From Candidatus Salivita marina (GTDB taxonomy: Bacteria > Pseudomonadota > Gammaproteobacteria > Pseudomonadales > Azotimanducaceae): a DNA stretch of 64,000 bases. Of this stretch, positions 19,062 to 27,657 are shown one piece after another; the first letter of the stretch is position 1; each line of letters opens with the position of its first letter. The stretch spans positions 190,790-254,789 of the forward strand of contig JAYQNS010000003.1 in assembly GCA_038144425.1 (NCBI GenBank). The letters are read 5' to 3'. Position numbers and translations under genes: made by a program. The notes under the pieces were generated by a model, which had not been told where the DNA came from, did no database searches, and was given only the letters and a program-made list of their open reading frames with translations.

Positions 19062-20245
19062 AGGCCTTACTCCAGCGTAATGTGCTCCTGCTCCTGGGGG
19101 CACAGCTGGTCTTCGTGGCGGGCTCCTCCATGACCGTCACCATGGGCGGAATCGTCGGGTCTCGCCTTGCTCCATCCCCATCCCTAGCAACCTTACCCGT
19201 GTCCCTCATGGTGCTCGGAACGGCTCTCGGCACCGTGCCTGCCTCCCTGCTCATGCAGCGCCTCGGACGGCGCCTGGGCTTTGCCTTTGCTGCCGCCCTC
19301 GCCGCCGGGGCCGTACAAGTGGCTGCGCTGGCCCTCCGCAGCGAACACTTCGGGCTCTACTGCGCGAGCACGGCGATGACCGGTGTAACCCTGGCCTTCT
19401 CCCAGCAGTTTCGCTTTGCCGCTGCGGAAAGCGTTGCCCCGGAGCGGGCTGGGCAAGCCATCTCCTTTATCCTTCTTGGGAGCATAGGGGGGGCCTTCGT
19501 GGGCCCCGAGCTGGTGGCCAGCGGCGAGCGCCTGGTGGCGGGTAATGCCTTTCTGGGTGCCGTGCAGGGGGCCTTCGTCCTCTTTCTCATTGCCCTTGCC
19601 CTACTACTCGCCATGCGCCAAACCGAGGCCACGGAGGGCGCTGCCGCCGTGGGAGAGGCTCGGCCCATAAGGGAAATTCTCCAAGCGCCGCTCTTCCGCT
19701 TGGCGGTAGCAGCCGGCGTGGTGGGGCAGGGGGTGATGGTCTTTATCATGACCGCCACCCCGGTCTCCATGCACGTCATGGACGGGCACGATCTCGCCAC
19801 CACCGCAGGGGTCATCCGGGCCCACGTGCTAGCCATGTACATTCCGTCCCTCGTGTCCGGGCTTTTGATTGCCCGCTTTGGGGAGCGCACCCTCATGCTC
19901 TGGGGCGTGGCAGCCTTACTGGCGACCTTGGCCTTTGGCCTAAGTGGCCATGCGGTAATGCATTACACCAGTGCGCTGGTGCTGCTTGGCGTGGGGTGGA
20001 ACTTCCTGTTTGTAGGAGGCACGACGCTACTCGTGAAGAGCTACCGGCCCAGCGAGCGCTACCGGGCCCAGGCGGTCAACGAGGCTGCGGTCTTTGGGAC
20101 CTCGGCCACGGGGAGTCTCCTCGCGGGCACCTTGCTCATGTCCTTCGGTTGGATGCCCCTGCTCCTGAGCACCTTACCGATTCTTCTACTCATGGGTTTT
20201 GCCGCCTTCCAGCTTCGAAAGGCGCCGTTGCCAACCTTCGCCTAA
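19058..20245 (+). CDS. MFS transporter
   Basis: 12-TMS-like hydrophobic profile. The proposed GTG start at 19058 overlaps the SapC stop (GTGA). The ORF-track ATG at 18980 would overlap SapC by 82 nt. Confidence 0.75.
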   Translation: MKALLQRNVLLLLGAQLVFVAGSSMTVTMGGIVGSRLAPSPSLATLPVSLMVLGTALGTVPASLLMQRLGRRLGFAFAAALAAGAVQVAALALRSEHFGLYCASTAMTGVTLAFSQQFRFAAAESVAPERAGQAISFILLGSIGGAFVGPELVASGERLVAGNAFLGAVQGAFVLFLIALALLLAMRQTEATEGAAAVGEARPIREILQAPLFRLAVAAGVVGQGVMVFIMTATPVSMHVMDGHDLATTAGVIRAHVLAMYIPSLVSGLLIARFGERTLMLWGVAALLATLAFGLSGHAVMHYTSALVLLGVGWNFLFVGGTTLLVKSYRPSERYRAQAVNEAAVFGTSATGSLLAGTLLMSFGWMPLLLSTLPILLLMGFAAFQLRKAPLPTFA

Positions 20246-20262
20246 CGCACCATGCCCTTCTG

Positions 20263-21303
20263 CTAAAAGGGCACCTCACAGGCGGGATTCAAATCCACGC
20301 GCCGGCTGACGGCTCGATTTTGATGGGGCCCGGCGCACCAGCTGGGCATGGCCATGGAATAGAGGCCGCTGCCTCCGGCGACGAGGATGAGGATGTCCTC
20401 CGGCGCCCTAAAGGCCTGGCGCCGGCCTTCACGCTGGAAACTCCCCTGACTACGAAGCGCGCCGGGAACCTCGCACCGAGCCTGTAGCTCCGCCTGAAGC
20501 GACGGTCGATCCTGGCCCGCCGCCGCAAGCAGGGCGGCATGGTCAGGATTGAGTACCAGCACGGCTTGGCCACCCGTCAGCACCGCATTGTTACTCGCCG
20601 GACCGGCAAGCCCCGACGCCAGAATCGCCAGCAGCCCATCCCGGTCCTGCGCAAGATTTCCCGTAGCGCTGAAGATCAAAGACTGCGGCGCCTCCGCCCC
20701 AATCACCGTCACCACGCTATCCTCCGGATCAAAGCCAAGGCTGACGCCCAGAGTTGGGAAGGGGGAAGCCTCTGCTGCTTCCGCTAGGCAGTAAGTGAAT
20801 TTCCCCGGATGACCCAGGAGCGCCATATCTGACTCCCCGGGCCGGCCGCCGCCGATATTGATCATGGCGAGGCGCAGAGCTCGACCTAAGGTCGCGTTCG
20901 CTCGGTGCCCCGGACCCAGGGCCCCAAAGCCTGAGGCGAAACCCAGAGCCTCCACCACGGGCCCGGACAGCAAAATGAGCGGCGCCGTGCAGTGCGTAGT
21001 CGCCTGCATTTCCGTCAAATCAAAGGCGGGATCGAGCACCGCTTCGGCCACGGCGCAGAGCACGGGCATAAGCTCCGGGGGGCATCCCGCCATCACCGCG
21101 GCGGTGGCTAGGGCCTCGACGCTGGCGGCACCCCCCGCAGGCCCCATAGCGCCGAGCACCAGAGAACCGTCCAGGCCGCTGGCCAGCACCATGCGGTCGA
21201 CCCGTGCTTCCGTGGGAATGATCACGGGAAGGCCATCGGTGCAGCCCAGCTGATACAGCTGCTCCTGGGCGTCTGCTTCATCCCGGGCCTCAAGCACGCT
21301 CAT
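20263..21303 (-). CDS. uncharacterised Cys-rich 346-aa protein, translationally coupled to the UGA-containing gene
   Basis: The ATG at 21303-21301 overlaps the upstream TGA at 21302-21300 (ATGA). The sequence begins MSVLEARDEADAQEQLYQLGCTDGLPVIIPTEARV. I recognise no domain. Confidence 0.7.
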   Translation of the reverse strand: MSVLEARDEADAQEQLYQLGCTDGLPVIIPTEARVDRMVLASGLDGSLVLGAMGPAGGAASVEALATAAVMAGCPPELMPVLCAVAEAVLDPAFDLTEMQATTHCTAPLILLSGPVVEALGFASGFGALGPGHRANATLGRALRLAMINIGGGRPGESDMALLGHPGKFTYCLAEAAEASPFPTLGVSLGFDPEDSVVTVIGAEAPQSLIFSATGNLAQDRDGLLAILASGLAGPASNNAVLTGGQAVLVLNPDHAALLAAAGQDRPSLQAELQARCEVPGALRSQGSFQREGRRQAFRAPEDILILVAGGSGLYSMAMPSWCAGPHQNRAVSRRVDLNPACEVPF

Positions 21304-21851
21304 GAAGAGATGTCCTGACCCCGCCCCTGAAGCGTCTCCCACAGCCGCGGAGCAATCGCCTCGGCGAGGGTGGCCATGGCCTCCGCGCCAGAGCCTGCCA
21401 CGGGATGAGGGAGGAGCACCTGAGGGACGGTGCTCATGCCCGAGGCCTTCGCTACGAAGCGCCCCTGGGGCTCAAAAAGCGTGGTGACCAAAGCCACCGC
21501 TGGGAGCCCCTGCTGAGCCACTGCAATGCCGTCACGCACGGTGCCGGTGGTGCAGCTGCCTCAGTGCCCGTAAGCCGCGACGACCCCGTCGCTCGCTGCG
21601 CAGATCTCCTGCACCAGGGCATCCGAGGCCGTGATGGAGGCGTTACCTTTGTCCCATAGCTGGGTGGTGATCTGCGGAAAAGCGGCTTCCAGAGCTCTTC
21701 CTACGGCTTCGAGGAAGGGCACGGAGTCGGGAAAGCCGTTGGCCAGCAGGCCGATGCGTACAGGCCCCGTGGGGTCCACCGCAAGTGCCCCTGTATAAGG
21801 ACTATCCTCAGGGCCCGCGGGGGCCCGAGGGTCGATAAAGCGAAGGCTCAT
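21300..21851 (-). CDS. probable selenoprotein, 183 aa, with in-frame UGA (Sec) at 21563-21561 in an H-U-G-S-C motif (UGSC-family-like)
   Basis: ORF-track pieces 21561..21851 and 21300..21539 are in the same frame, separated by a TGA plus 7 sense codons (AAYGH-TGA-GSCTTGT-VRDGIAV). A GGGAGG RBS precedes the first ATG. There is none before the second piece. Confidence 0.7.
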
Positions 21852-21860
21852 AGTTCCTCC

Positions 21861-22541
21861 CTAGGTCATGCGTCCGTCCCCAGCCTCGAGATGGGCCAGG
21901 TGGCTGACGTCATTGAAGCTTCGTACCTTGATGCCCTCAGCCGTGAGGAGCAGCTGGCTAAGGGAGCCATTCTCCGCACCGGTAAAGGCAAAGCGCTCGC
22001 TGCCCGTGGCCAGGTGGAGCAGATGGGCGATGACGCCGCCGTGGACAAAGGCGGCGATCATGGTGTCCGGATGGGCCCGGTGGAGACGAGCGAGGGCACG
22101 GCTGAGGCGCGCGTCGAGAGCCTCAGGGCTTTCCCCACCAGGGATAACATTCCAGCGCTGCTGGCGCTGCATCTCGAGATAGACCGGATCGAGCTCTGCC
22201 ACCTTCCGGCGGAAGAGCCCACCTTCCCAAGCTCCGAGATGCACCTCATGAAGATCCGGATCCACGTCCACGGCGCAGCCCAGGAGCGCCGCCGTAGGGG
22301 CGGCCGTCTCCCGGGTTCGCTGAAGCTTCGTGGCATAGAGGGCGGCGAGGGGAAGATGCTGTAGGCGCGCCGCCACGGCCTCGGCCTGGGCCCGCCCGGC
22401 GGGATGAAGCTCCGGATCCCCTTGCCCGTCCACTAGAGGAAAGGGATTAGCAGGATCCGCGGCGCGGGATTCTCCGTGGCGAACCAGTAAAAGCTCCGTG
22501 GCCCCCGGGGGGCGGGTGAAGCGAGGCTGTCGGTAGGCCAT
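21861..22541 (-). CDS. histidine phosphatase family protein (phosphoglycerate-mutase-like)
   Basis: LLLVRHGES catalytic RHG motif and a later H in FVHGGVI. I prefer the ATG at 22541 because AGGAGA lies 6 nt upstream. The ORF-track ATG at 22547 abuts the RBS. Confidence 0.82.
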   Translation of the reverse strand: MAYRQPRFTRPPGATELLLVRHGESRAADPANPFPLVDGQGDPELHPAGRAQAEAVAARLQHLPLAALYATKLQRTRETAAPTAALLGCAVDVDPDLHEVHLGAWEGGLFRRKVAELDPVYLEMQRQQRWNVIPGGESPEALDARLSRALARLHRAHPDTMIAAFVHGGVIAHLLHLATGSERFAFTGAENGSLSQLLLTAEGIKVRSFNDVSHLAHLEAGDGRMT

Positions 22542-23371
22542 CGCCATTCTCCTGTCCTAGCCCGCGGCCACGGCCGCCGCCGGGGGCGACGCACGATCAT
22601 AGATTGGGTCGCGGTGGCCAACAAATGACCGCCTTCGCTCCAAAGATACCCCGTTCCATAGCCAAAGCCACCTTCCGTATAAGTCATGCGGTTATCACAA
22701 AGGACCCACTCCGTAGGCCGGGGCTGGCCCAGCCGTAGCGTGTTATCAAGGCTCGTGCAGAAGATCTGGCCTTCCAGCGCATCACCGAGCACCGAGGGCA
22801 TGTAGTCTGCGATGATGGCCAGGGCTACGGCATCGATGGAGTAGCCAGGCATACGAGCCCAAAGGAGGTTGCGGCCGCAGCCGCTCGGCTCCCCTTCCTG
22901 GGAAAAGCCGAACATGCCCTTCGCCCGCCGAAGCTCGATGGCGTGATGAAGGGTTTCTTCCCGGTGCTCCCGGTCGATACGAGGGCAGGATTCCGGAGCC
23001 GGTGCCTCCGGGCGATCCACCCAGGTGCCCGGGCCCGCCTCCGGGCGCTGACCCAACGCCCCCAGGACGGTAAAGATCGATTGACCTTGATGCCGACCCT
23101 GCACCTGGCCCTGGGTGACGTGCCGCCCCACGGCGGGCAGGCTGACATCCACGGTCAAGGCTTTCATTCCCTGGGTCAGGGACAGAAATTGCCCTGTGCT
23201 CCAGACGAGGGGCTTCTCCACCGCTTGCGCCAGCGCAGCCATGCCAGCGGCAAGCCCTACGCCGCCAAAAAGGCTACCGCCGCCACCGCTCAGGGCTGGG
23301 CGGAGGGGCAGGGAAAAGCGCGTTTCGGAGACGCGTTGAAGACCTAAAAACGCTTCTGCGGGGACTTGCAC
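22433..23371 (-). CDS. acyl-CoA thioesterase (TesB-like double hotdog). The 3' end is probably artefactually extended and the likely true stop is at 22557.
   Basis: N-terminal SLFGGVGLAAGMAAL and C-terminal GYGTGYLWSEGGHLLATATQSMIV fit a thioesterase-II-like fold. The last ~45 codons are R/P/W-rich and overlap the next gene. Confidence 0.72.
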   Translation of the reverse strand: MQVPAEAFLGLQRVSETRFSLPLRPALSGGGGSLFGGVGLAAGMAALAQAVEKPLVWSTGQFLSLTQGMKALTVDVSLPAVGRHVTQGQVQGRHQGQSIFTVLGALGQRPEAGPGTWVDRPEAPAPESCPRIDREHREETLHHAIELRRAKGMFGFSQEGEPSGCGRNLLWARMPGYSIDAVALAIIADYMPSVLGDALEGQIFCTSLDNTLRLGQPRPTEWVLCDNRMTYTEGGFGYGTGYLWSEGGHLLATATQSMIVRRPRRRPWPRARTGEWRWPTDSLASPAPRGPRSFYWFATENPAPRILLIPFL

Positions 23372-23383
23372 GGAAGGGTGTCC

Positions 23384-24598
23384 TTACGGCTGGGGGGAAA
23401 GATTAAGGCCCAGGGCGGCCAGAGTACGGGCGTCGGGGTGGCCGTCGGCGATGAGCCCAAGGGCCGCCTCGGCCCGGGCGAGGGCAGCGCGGGTCGCAGG
23501 GCCAAAAAGCCCATCGACGGCGCCCGTGAGGTGACCACCCCCGACAAGCGACTGTTGCAGCGCCGAGACCTGGTCCATGGACAGGCGCAGCTCGTCGTCG
23601 GGGGGCGCTCTGGATAGCCCGGCGCCCCCGGCGAGGGCGTCGGCGAGGATCCCCACGCTGAGGGCATAGAACTCGCTTCGGTTCCATCCCATGATCACAT
23701 CGAAGTTGCGATAAACCAGAAAGGCTGGACCCTGATGGCCCGAGGGCACGAGAAGCGCCGCATCGAGATCGGCGACCGGTAGGGGCGCGCCATCGCTTTG
23801 GCGCACCCCAAGCTCACCCCAGGCGGCAAGGGAACGGCGTTTTTGCCGCCCGGCCACGCCGTAGTCAAAGCCCTCCGGTAGGGACACTTCCCGGCCCCAG
23901 CGCTCCCCCCGAAACCACCCGAGCCCCTGCAGAAAGGCCCCCGCGCTAACCATGGCGTCGTCCACGCTGCCAAATAGATCCACCCGGCCGTCCCCGTCGC
24001 CGTCCTCGGCATAGCGAAGATACACCGAGGGCATAAACTGCACGTGCCCAAGGGCGCCAGCCCAGCTGCTTTCAAGGCGATCGAAGGTGAGGTCACCCCG
24101 CTCCAGTAGGCGCACGGCGTCCAGCCACTGGGACGCAAAGAACTCCGCCCGACGGGGATCGCAAGCCAGGGTGGCGAGGGAGCCCAGGAGGGGCATCTTC
24201 CCAAGATAGGATCCAAAGTTCGTTTCGAGGCCCCAGAACGCCACCAGATAGTGGCCCGGTACGCCACTCTCCTGATACACCCGCTGAAGCAAAGCGCGGC
24301 GATCCTTAAACTGCTGACGCCCCGTTTCGATCCGTCCCGGAGACACCCGGAGGCCAAAATAACGGCCGAAGGGGGTGGTGAATTCTGGCTGGCTCCGATC
24401 CAGCTCAAGCACCCGAGGCACGGGCGCGGTACGGGCCACGGCCTTGCGCCAGATCGGCTCCTGGATGCCCTCGGCGGCGGCCCGGGTGCCGAGGTCGGCA
24501 ACGCAGGCCTCAAAGGAGGGCCCGTCCGAGGCGCCCGCACCTAGGGCTGCGCAGAGGAGGAAAAGGACGGTATAAAGGCGCAGAGCAGGGTGACGCAC
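23384..24598 (-). CDS. mltB: lytic murein transglycosylase (MltB-like) with C-terminal peptidoglycan-binding domain
   Basis: SWAGALGHVQFMPSVY is the MltB-type motif. The C-terminal LVGGGHLTGAVDGLFGPATRAALARAE is PG_binding_1-like. I prefer the GTG start at 24598, after GGGAGG, which gives a signal peptide. The ORF-track start is 24655. Confidence 0.82.
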   Translation of the reverse strand: MRHPALRLYTVLFLLCAALGAGASDGPSFEACVADLGTRAAAEGIQEPIWRKAVARTAPVPRVLELDRSQPEFTTPFGRYFGLRVSPGRIETGRQQFKDRRALLQRVYQESGVPGHYLVAFWGLETNFGSYLGKMPLLGSLATLACDPRRAEFFASQWLDAVRLLERGDLTFDRLESSWAGALGHVQFMPSVYLRYAEDGDGDGRVDLFGSVDDAMVSAGAFLQGLGWFRGERWGREVSLPEGFDYGVAGRQKRRSLAAWGELGVRQSDGAPLPVADLDAALLVPSGHQGPAFLVYRNFDVIMGWNRSEFYALSVGILADALAGGAGLSRAPPDDELRLSMDQVSALQQSLVGGGHLTGAVDGLFGPATRAALARAEAALGLIADGHPDARTLAALGLNLSPQP

Positions 24599-24705
24599 GG
24601 AGCCTCCCGAGGGCTTAAAACGATGGCGCGAGCCTAGCACGGGCACACGCGGCACCCTAGCCGATCATGCACCGGTGGGCAGGAAGACATAGCAAGGAGA
24701 ACACC

Positions 24706-25599
24706 ATGAGTAAGGCGGAACGAGGGGCTCTGCTAGGGGCAATCATCGCCATGGCGCTTGGGGGACTTTGGGCCTGGGCCGGAAGCCAAGGGACCCGGGA
24801 GGTAGCAGGCTATCCGCTTTTTGCCTTGGCGGCGCTGTGGGCCTTTTCCCTAAACTGGATCATTTTTGTTCCCTCCTTCCTCGCCCATACGGAACACTAT
24901 TTTGACGCAACGGGCTCCCTGACCTACCTCACGTTGGCTGTGGGAACGCTTTGGCTCACTGGGGCTTCCGATCCCCGGGTACTCCTCCTTGCGGCGATGG
25001 TAGTACTTTGGGCCTTGCGGCTGGGCACGTTCCTGTTCGCTCGGGTGCGCGCAGATGGCCGGGATGGACGCTTCGATGCGCTGAAGGTCTCCTTCCCGCG
25101 CTTCTTCATGACCTGGACCCTTCAGGGGCTTTGGGTGCTAATCACCATGGGAGCGGCCCTCGCCGCCATGGCGAGCGATCAGAGTGTGGCCCTGGGGCCC
25201 TTCGCCCTCGCTGGAGGCTCACTATGGCTTCTTGGCTTCATCCTCGAAGTGATTGCAGATGGGCAGAAGCGAGCCTTCCGGCGCGACCCGAACAACGAGG
25301 GCGCCTTTATACAGAGCGGCCTGTGGGCCCTATGCCGCCACCCTAACTACCTGGGGGAGATCCTCCTTTGGCTCGGCGTGTCCCTCGTCGCCGTGCCCGT
25401 GCTCAGCGGCTGGCAGCAGCTCACCTTGCTGTCCCCCGTATTTGTCTTCGTTCTTCTGACGCGCATCAGCGGCATCCCGATGTTGGCCTCCCGCGGCAAG
25501 AGGCGCTGGGGAAACGATCCGGCCTACCAGGCCTATCTCGACCGTACGCCGGTGCTCTTTCCCCGTCCCCTGGGCCGGATTCGGAGCGCCGAGGCATAG
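24706..25599 (+). CDS. DUF1295 / steroid 5-alpha-reductase-like membrane protein
   Basis: GLWALCRHPNYLGEILLWLG motif in a polytopic protein. The start is trimmed to the ATG at 24706, with AAGGAGA 5 nt upstream. Confidence 0.78.
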   Translation: MSKAERGALLGAIIAMALGGLWAWAGSQGTREVAGYPLFALAALWAFSLNWIIFVPSFLAHTEHYFDATGSLTYLTLAVGTLWLTGASDPRVLLLAAMVVLWALRLGTFLFARVRADGRDGRFDALKVSFPRFFMTWTLQGLWVLITMGAALAAMASDQSVALGPFALAGGSLWLLGFILEVIADGQKRAFRRDPNNEGAFIQSGLWALCRHPNYLGEILLWLGVSLVAVPVLSGWQQLTLLSPVFVFVLLTRISGIPMLASRGKRRWGNDPAYQAYLDRTPVLFPRPLGRIRSAEA

Positions 25600-25675
25600 G
25601 AGGCCGTAGCCAGGGGCGTGGTCATCGGTCATCATCGAAGCTTGAGGAAACTCGTGAACCTGGGGAGGACACGAC

Positions 25676-27280
25676 ATGGCAGACCCAACGGAAAAACTTG
25701 ATCTCATCATCGTCGGAGCGGGATTCGCAGGCATGTATATGCTTCACCGCGCCCGGCAGCACGGCTTGACCGCGAAGGTCCTTGAGGCCGGCAGCGATGT
25801 CGGCGGCACTTGGTATTGGAATCGCTACCCGGGCGCCCGCTGTGATGTGGAGTCCCTTGAGTACTCCTACCAGTTTGATGAGGCGCTGCAGCAAGAGTGG
25901 CAGTGGAGCGAGCGCTACTCCCCGCAGCCGGAGATCCTGGCCTACTGCCAACACGTGGCAGAGCGCTTTGATCTGCGCAAGGACATGGAATTTCATACCC
26001 GGGTTGCCTCGGCGCACTTCGATGAAGGGGAGAAGCGCTGGGCCGTTACCGCCGAGGATGGCCGTCGCTGGGACGCTCAGTTCGCGGTCATGGCCACGGG
26101 CTGCCTATCCATGCCCAACGTGCCAGATGTCGCTGGCGCCGACGGCTACACGGGCCCGATCTACCACACAGGGCGATGGCCTAAGGACGGGGTAGACTTC
26201 ACCGGGAAGCGGGTGGCCGTGATCGGCACGGGATCCTCAGCCATTCAGTCCATCCCCCTCATCGCTGCGCAGGCAAAGAGCCTGACAGTTTTTCAGCGCA
26301 CCCCTAACCATTCCGTGCCCGCGCAGAACAAGCCCCTCGACCGGATGCTCCAGAAGGCCGTTAAAGCCAATTACGCCGATCTTCGGGCCCGCAACGCTCA
26401 GGAGCTTGTCGGGTTCGGAGCGCGCCATCCCACTAACCAGGGCTCCGTGCTCGAGGCCTCACCGGAGGAGCGCCAAGCGCAGTTCGAATACCACTGGCAG
26501 CTTGGAGGCCTCCTCTTCATGCGAGCCTTCGGCGATACGGGCCTCAGCACCGAGGCCAACGAGTACGCGGCGGAGTTCATTCGCGGCAAGATCATGGAAA
26601 AGGTGAAGGACCCGGAAACGGCTCGGAAGCTCCTTCCCGATACGGCCGTAGGCTGTAAACGTCTCTGTGCCGATTCCGGCTATTTCGAAACCTTCAACGA
26701 ACCTCATGTCCAGCTCGTGGATCTCCGGGAAACGCCGCTCAAGGGACTTTACGCTGATGGCGTGGAGACGGACGGGGCGCGCTATGAAGTGGATGCCGTC
26801 GTCTTTGCCACGGGCTTTGACGCCATGACCGGCGCGCTCTCCCGCATCGACATCCGAGGCCGGAACGGCCAAGCGCTCACGGAGGCCTGGGCCGAGGGGC
26901 CGAAAAGCTACCTGGGGCTGCAGGTCGTGGGCTTCCCAAACCTCTTTACGGTGACCGGGCCTGGCTCGCCTTCCGTGCTCACGAACATGCTGCCCTCCAT
27001 CGAGCAGCACGTGCGCTTTATTGGGGACGCCATCGCCGACCTTAAAGCCGGGGGCTACGCCACCATGGAGGCGGAGCCGGAGGCCCAGGAGGCGTGGATA
27101 GGGCACGTCAATGAGGTTGGCGACGCCACCATCTACCCGACCTGTAACTCCTGGTATGTGGGCGCCAACATTCCAGGCAAGCCCCGAGTGTTTATGCCTT
27201 ACCTAGGCTTCCCGGCCTACTGCGAGAAGTGCGACGCAGTGAGAGCCGCGGACTATGAAGGCTTCCATCGGGCGGCATAA
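25676..27280 (+). CDS. type I Baeyer-Villiger monooxygenase (flavin/NADPH-dependent)
   Basis: FAD site IIVGAGFAGMY, then GGTWYWNRYPGARCD. BVMO fingerprint YTGPIYHTGRWP. Second Rossmann site VAVIGTGSSAIQ. Confidence 0.88.
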   Translation: MADPTEKLDLIIVGAGFAGMYMLHRARQHGLTAKVLEAGSDVGGTWYWNRYPGARCDVESLEYSYQFDEALQQEWQWSERYSPQPEILAYCQHVAERFDLRKDMEFHTRVASAHFDEGEKRWAVTAEDGRRWDAQFAVMATGCLSMPNVPDVAGADGYTGPIYHTGRWPKDGVDFTGKRVAVIGTGSSAIQSIPLIAAQAKSLTVFQRTPNHSVPAQNKPLDRMLQKAVKANYADLRARNAQELVGFGARHPTNQGSVLEASPEERQAQFEYHWQLGGLLFMRAFGDTGLSTEANEYAAEFIRGKIMEKVKDPETARKLLPDTAVGCKRLCADSGYFETFNEPHVQLVDLRETPLKGLYADGVETDGARYEVDAVVFATGFDAMTGALSRIDIRGRNGQALTEAWAEGPKSYLGLQVVGFPNLFTVTGPGSPSVLTNMLPSIEQHVRFIGDAIADLKAGGYATMEAEPEAQEAWIGHVNEVGDATIYPTCNSWYVGANIPGKPRVFMPYLGFPAYCEKCDAVRAADYEGFHRAA

Positions 27281-27657
27281 TGAACGCCAACGCACTCTGG
27301 AGCCTATTAGAGCAGGCTACGGACCCGGCCCTCGAGGATCAGCTCTGGGCCGCCATGGTGACGCCCCACGACCCCTCCGCCCTGGCCACCACGCACATGG
27401 ATCAGGGCATGCGGGGACGTATGCTCGCGGGCATTTTCGACCTGCTGCTCATGGACGACGAACCCCGGCGGGCGCTCCTGGACTTCGAAGTACCCAATCA
27501 CCGGAGCTACGGCGCCACTCTAGAGGGCTATCGGGTGGTCTTCGAGGGTCTCGAATCCGTGCTGGCCGCCCAGGATCCCGGCAATGAGGCCGGGCGCAAA
27601 GCCCTCCAGGCGCGCTGCGCGCGCATCCTGGAGGACATCGAGGCGCGGCAGCCCTAG
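27280..27657 (+). CDS. hypothetical 125-aa protein coupled to the BVMO gene
   Basis: The ATG overlaps the BVMO TAA (TAATG). Acidic, helical-looking sequence with no recognisable domain. Confidence 0.5.
   Translation: MNANALWSLLEQATDPALEDQLWAAMVTPHDPSALATTHMDQGMRGRMLAGIFDLLLMDDEPRRALLDFEVPNHRSYGATLEGYRVVFEGLESVLAAQDPGNEAGRKALQARCARILEDIEARQP

Noticed and set aside
20253-20273. Hairpin TGCCCTT-N7-AAGGGCA between the MFS stop and the stop of the 346-aa gene
   Set aside because: The 7-bp stem is AT-containing, has no flanking T/A tract, and includes a stop codon in its loop. This is too weak to call a terminator.
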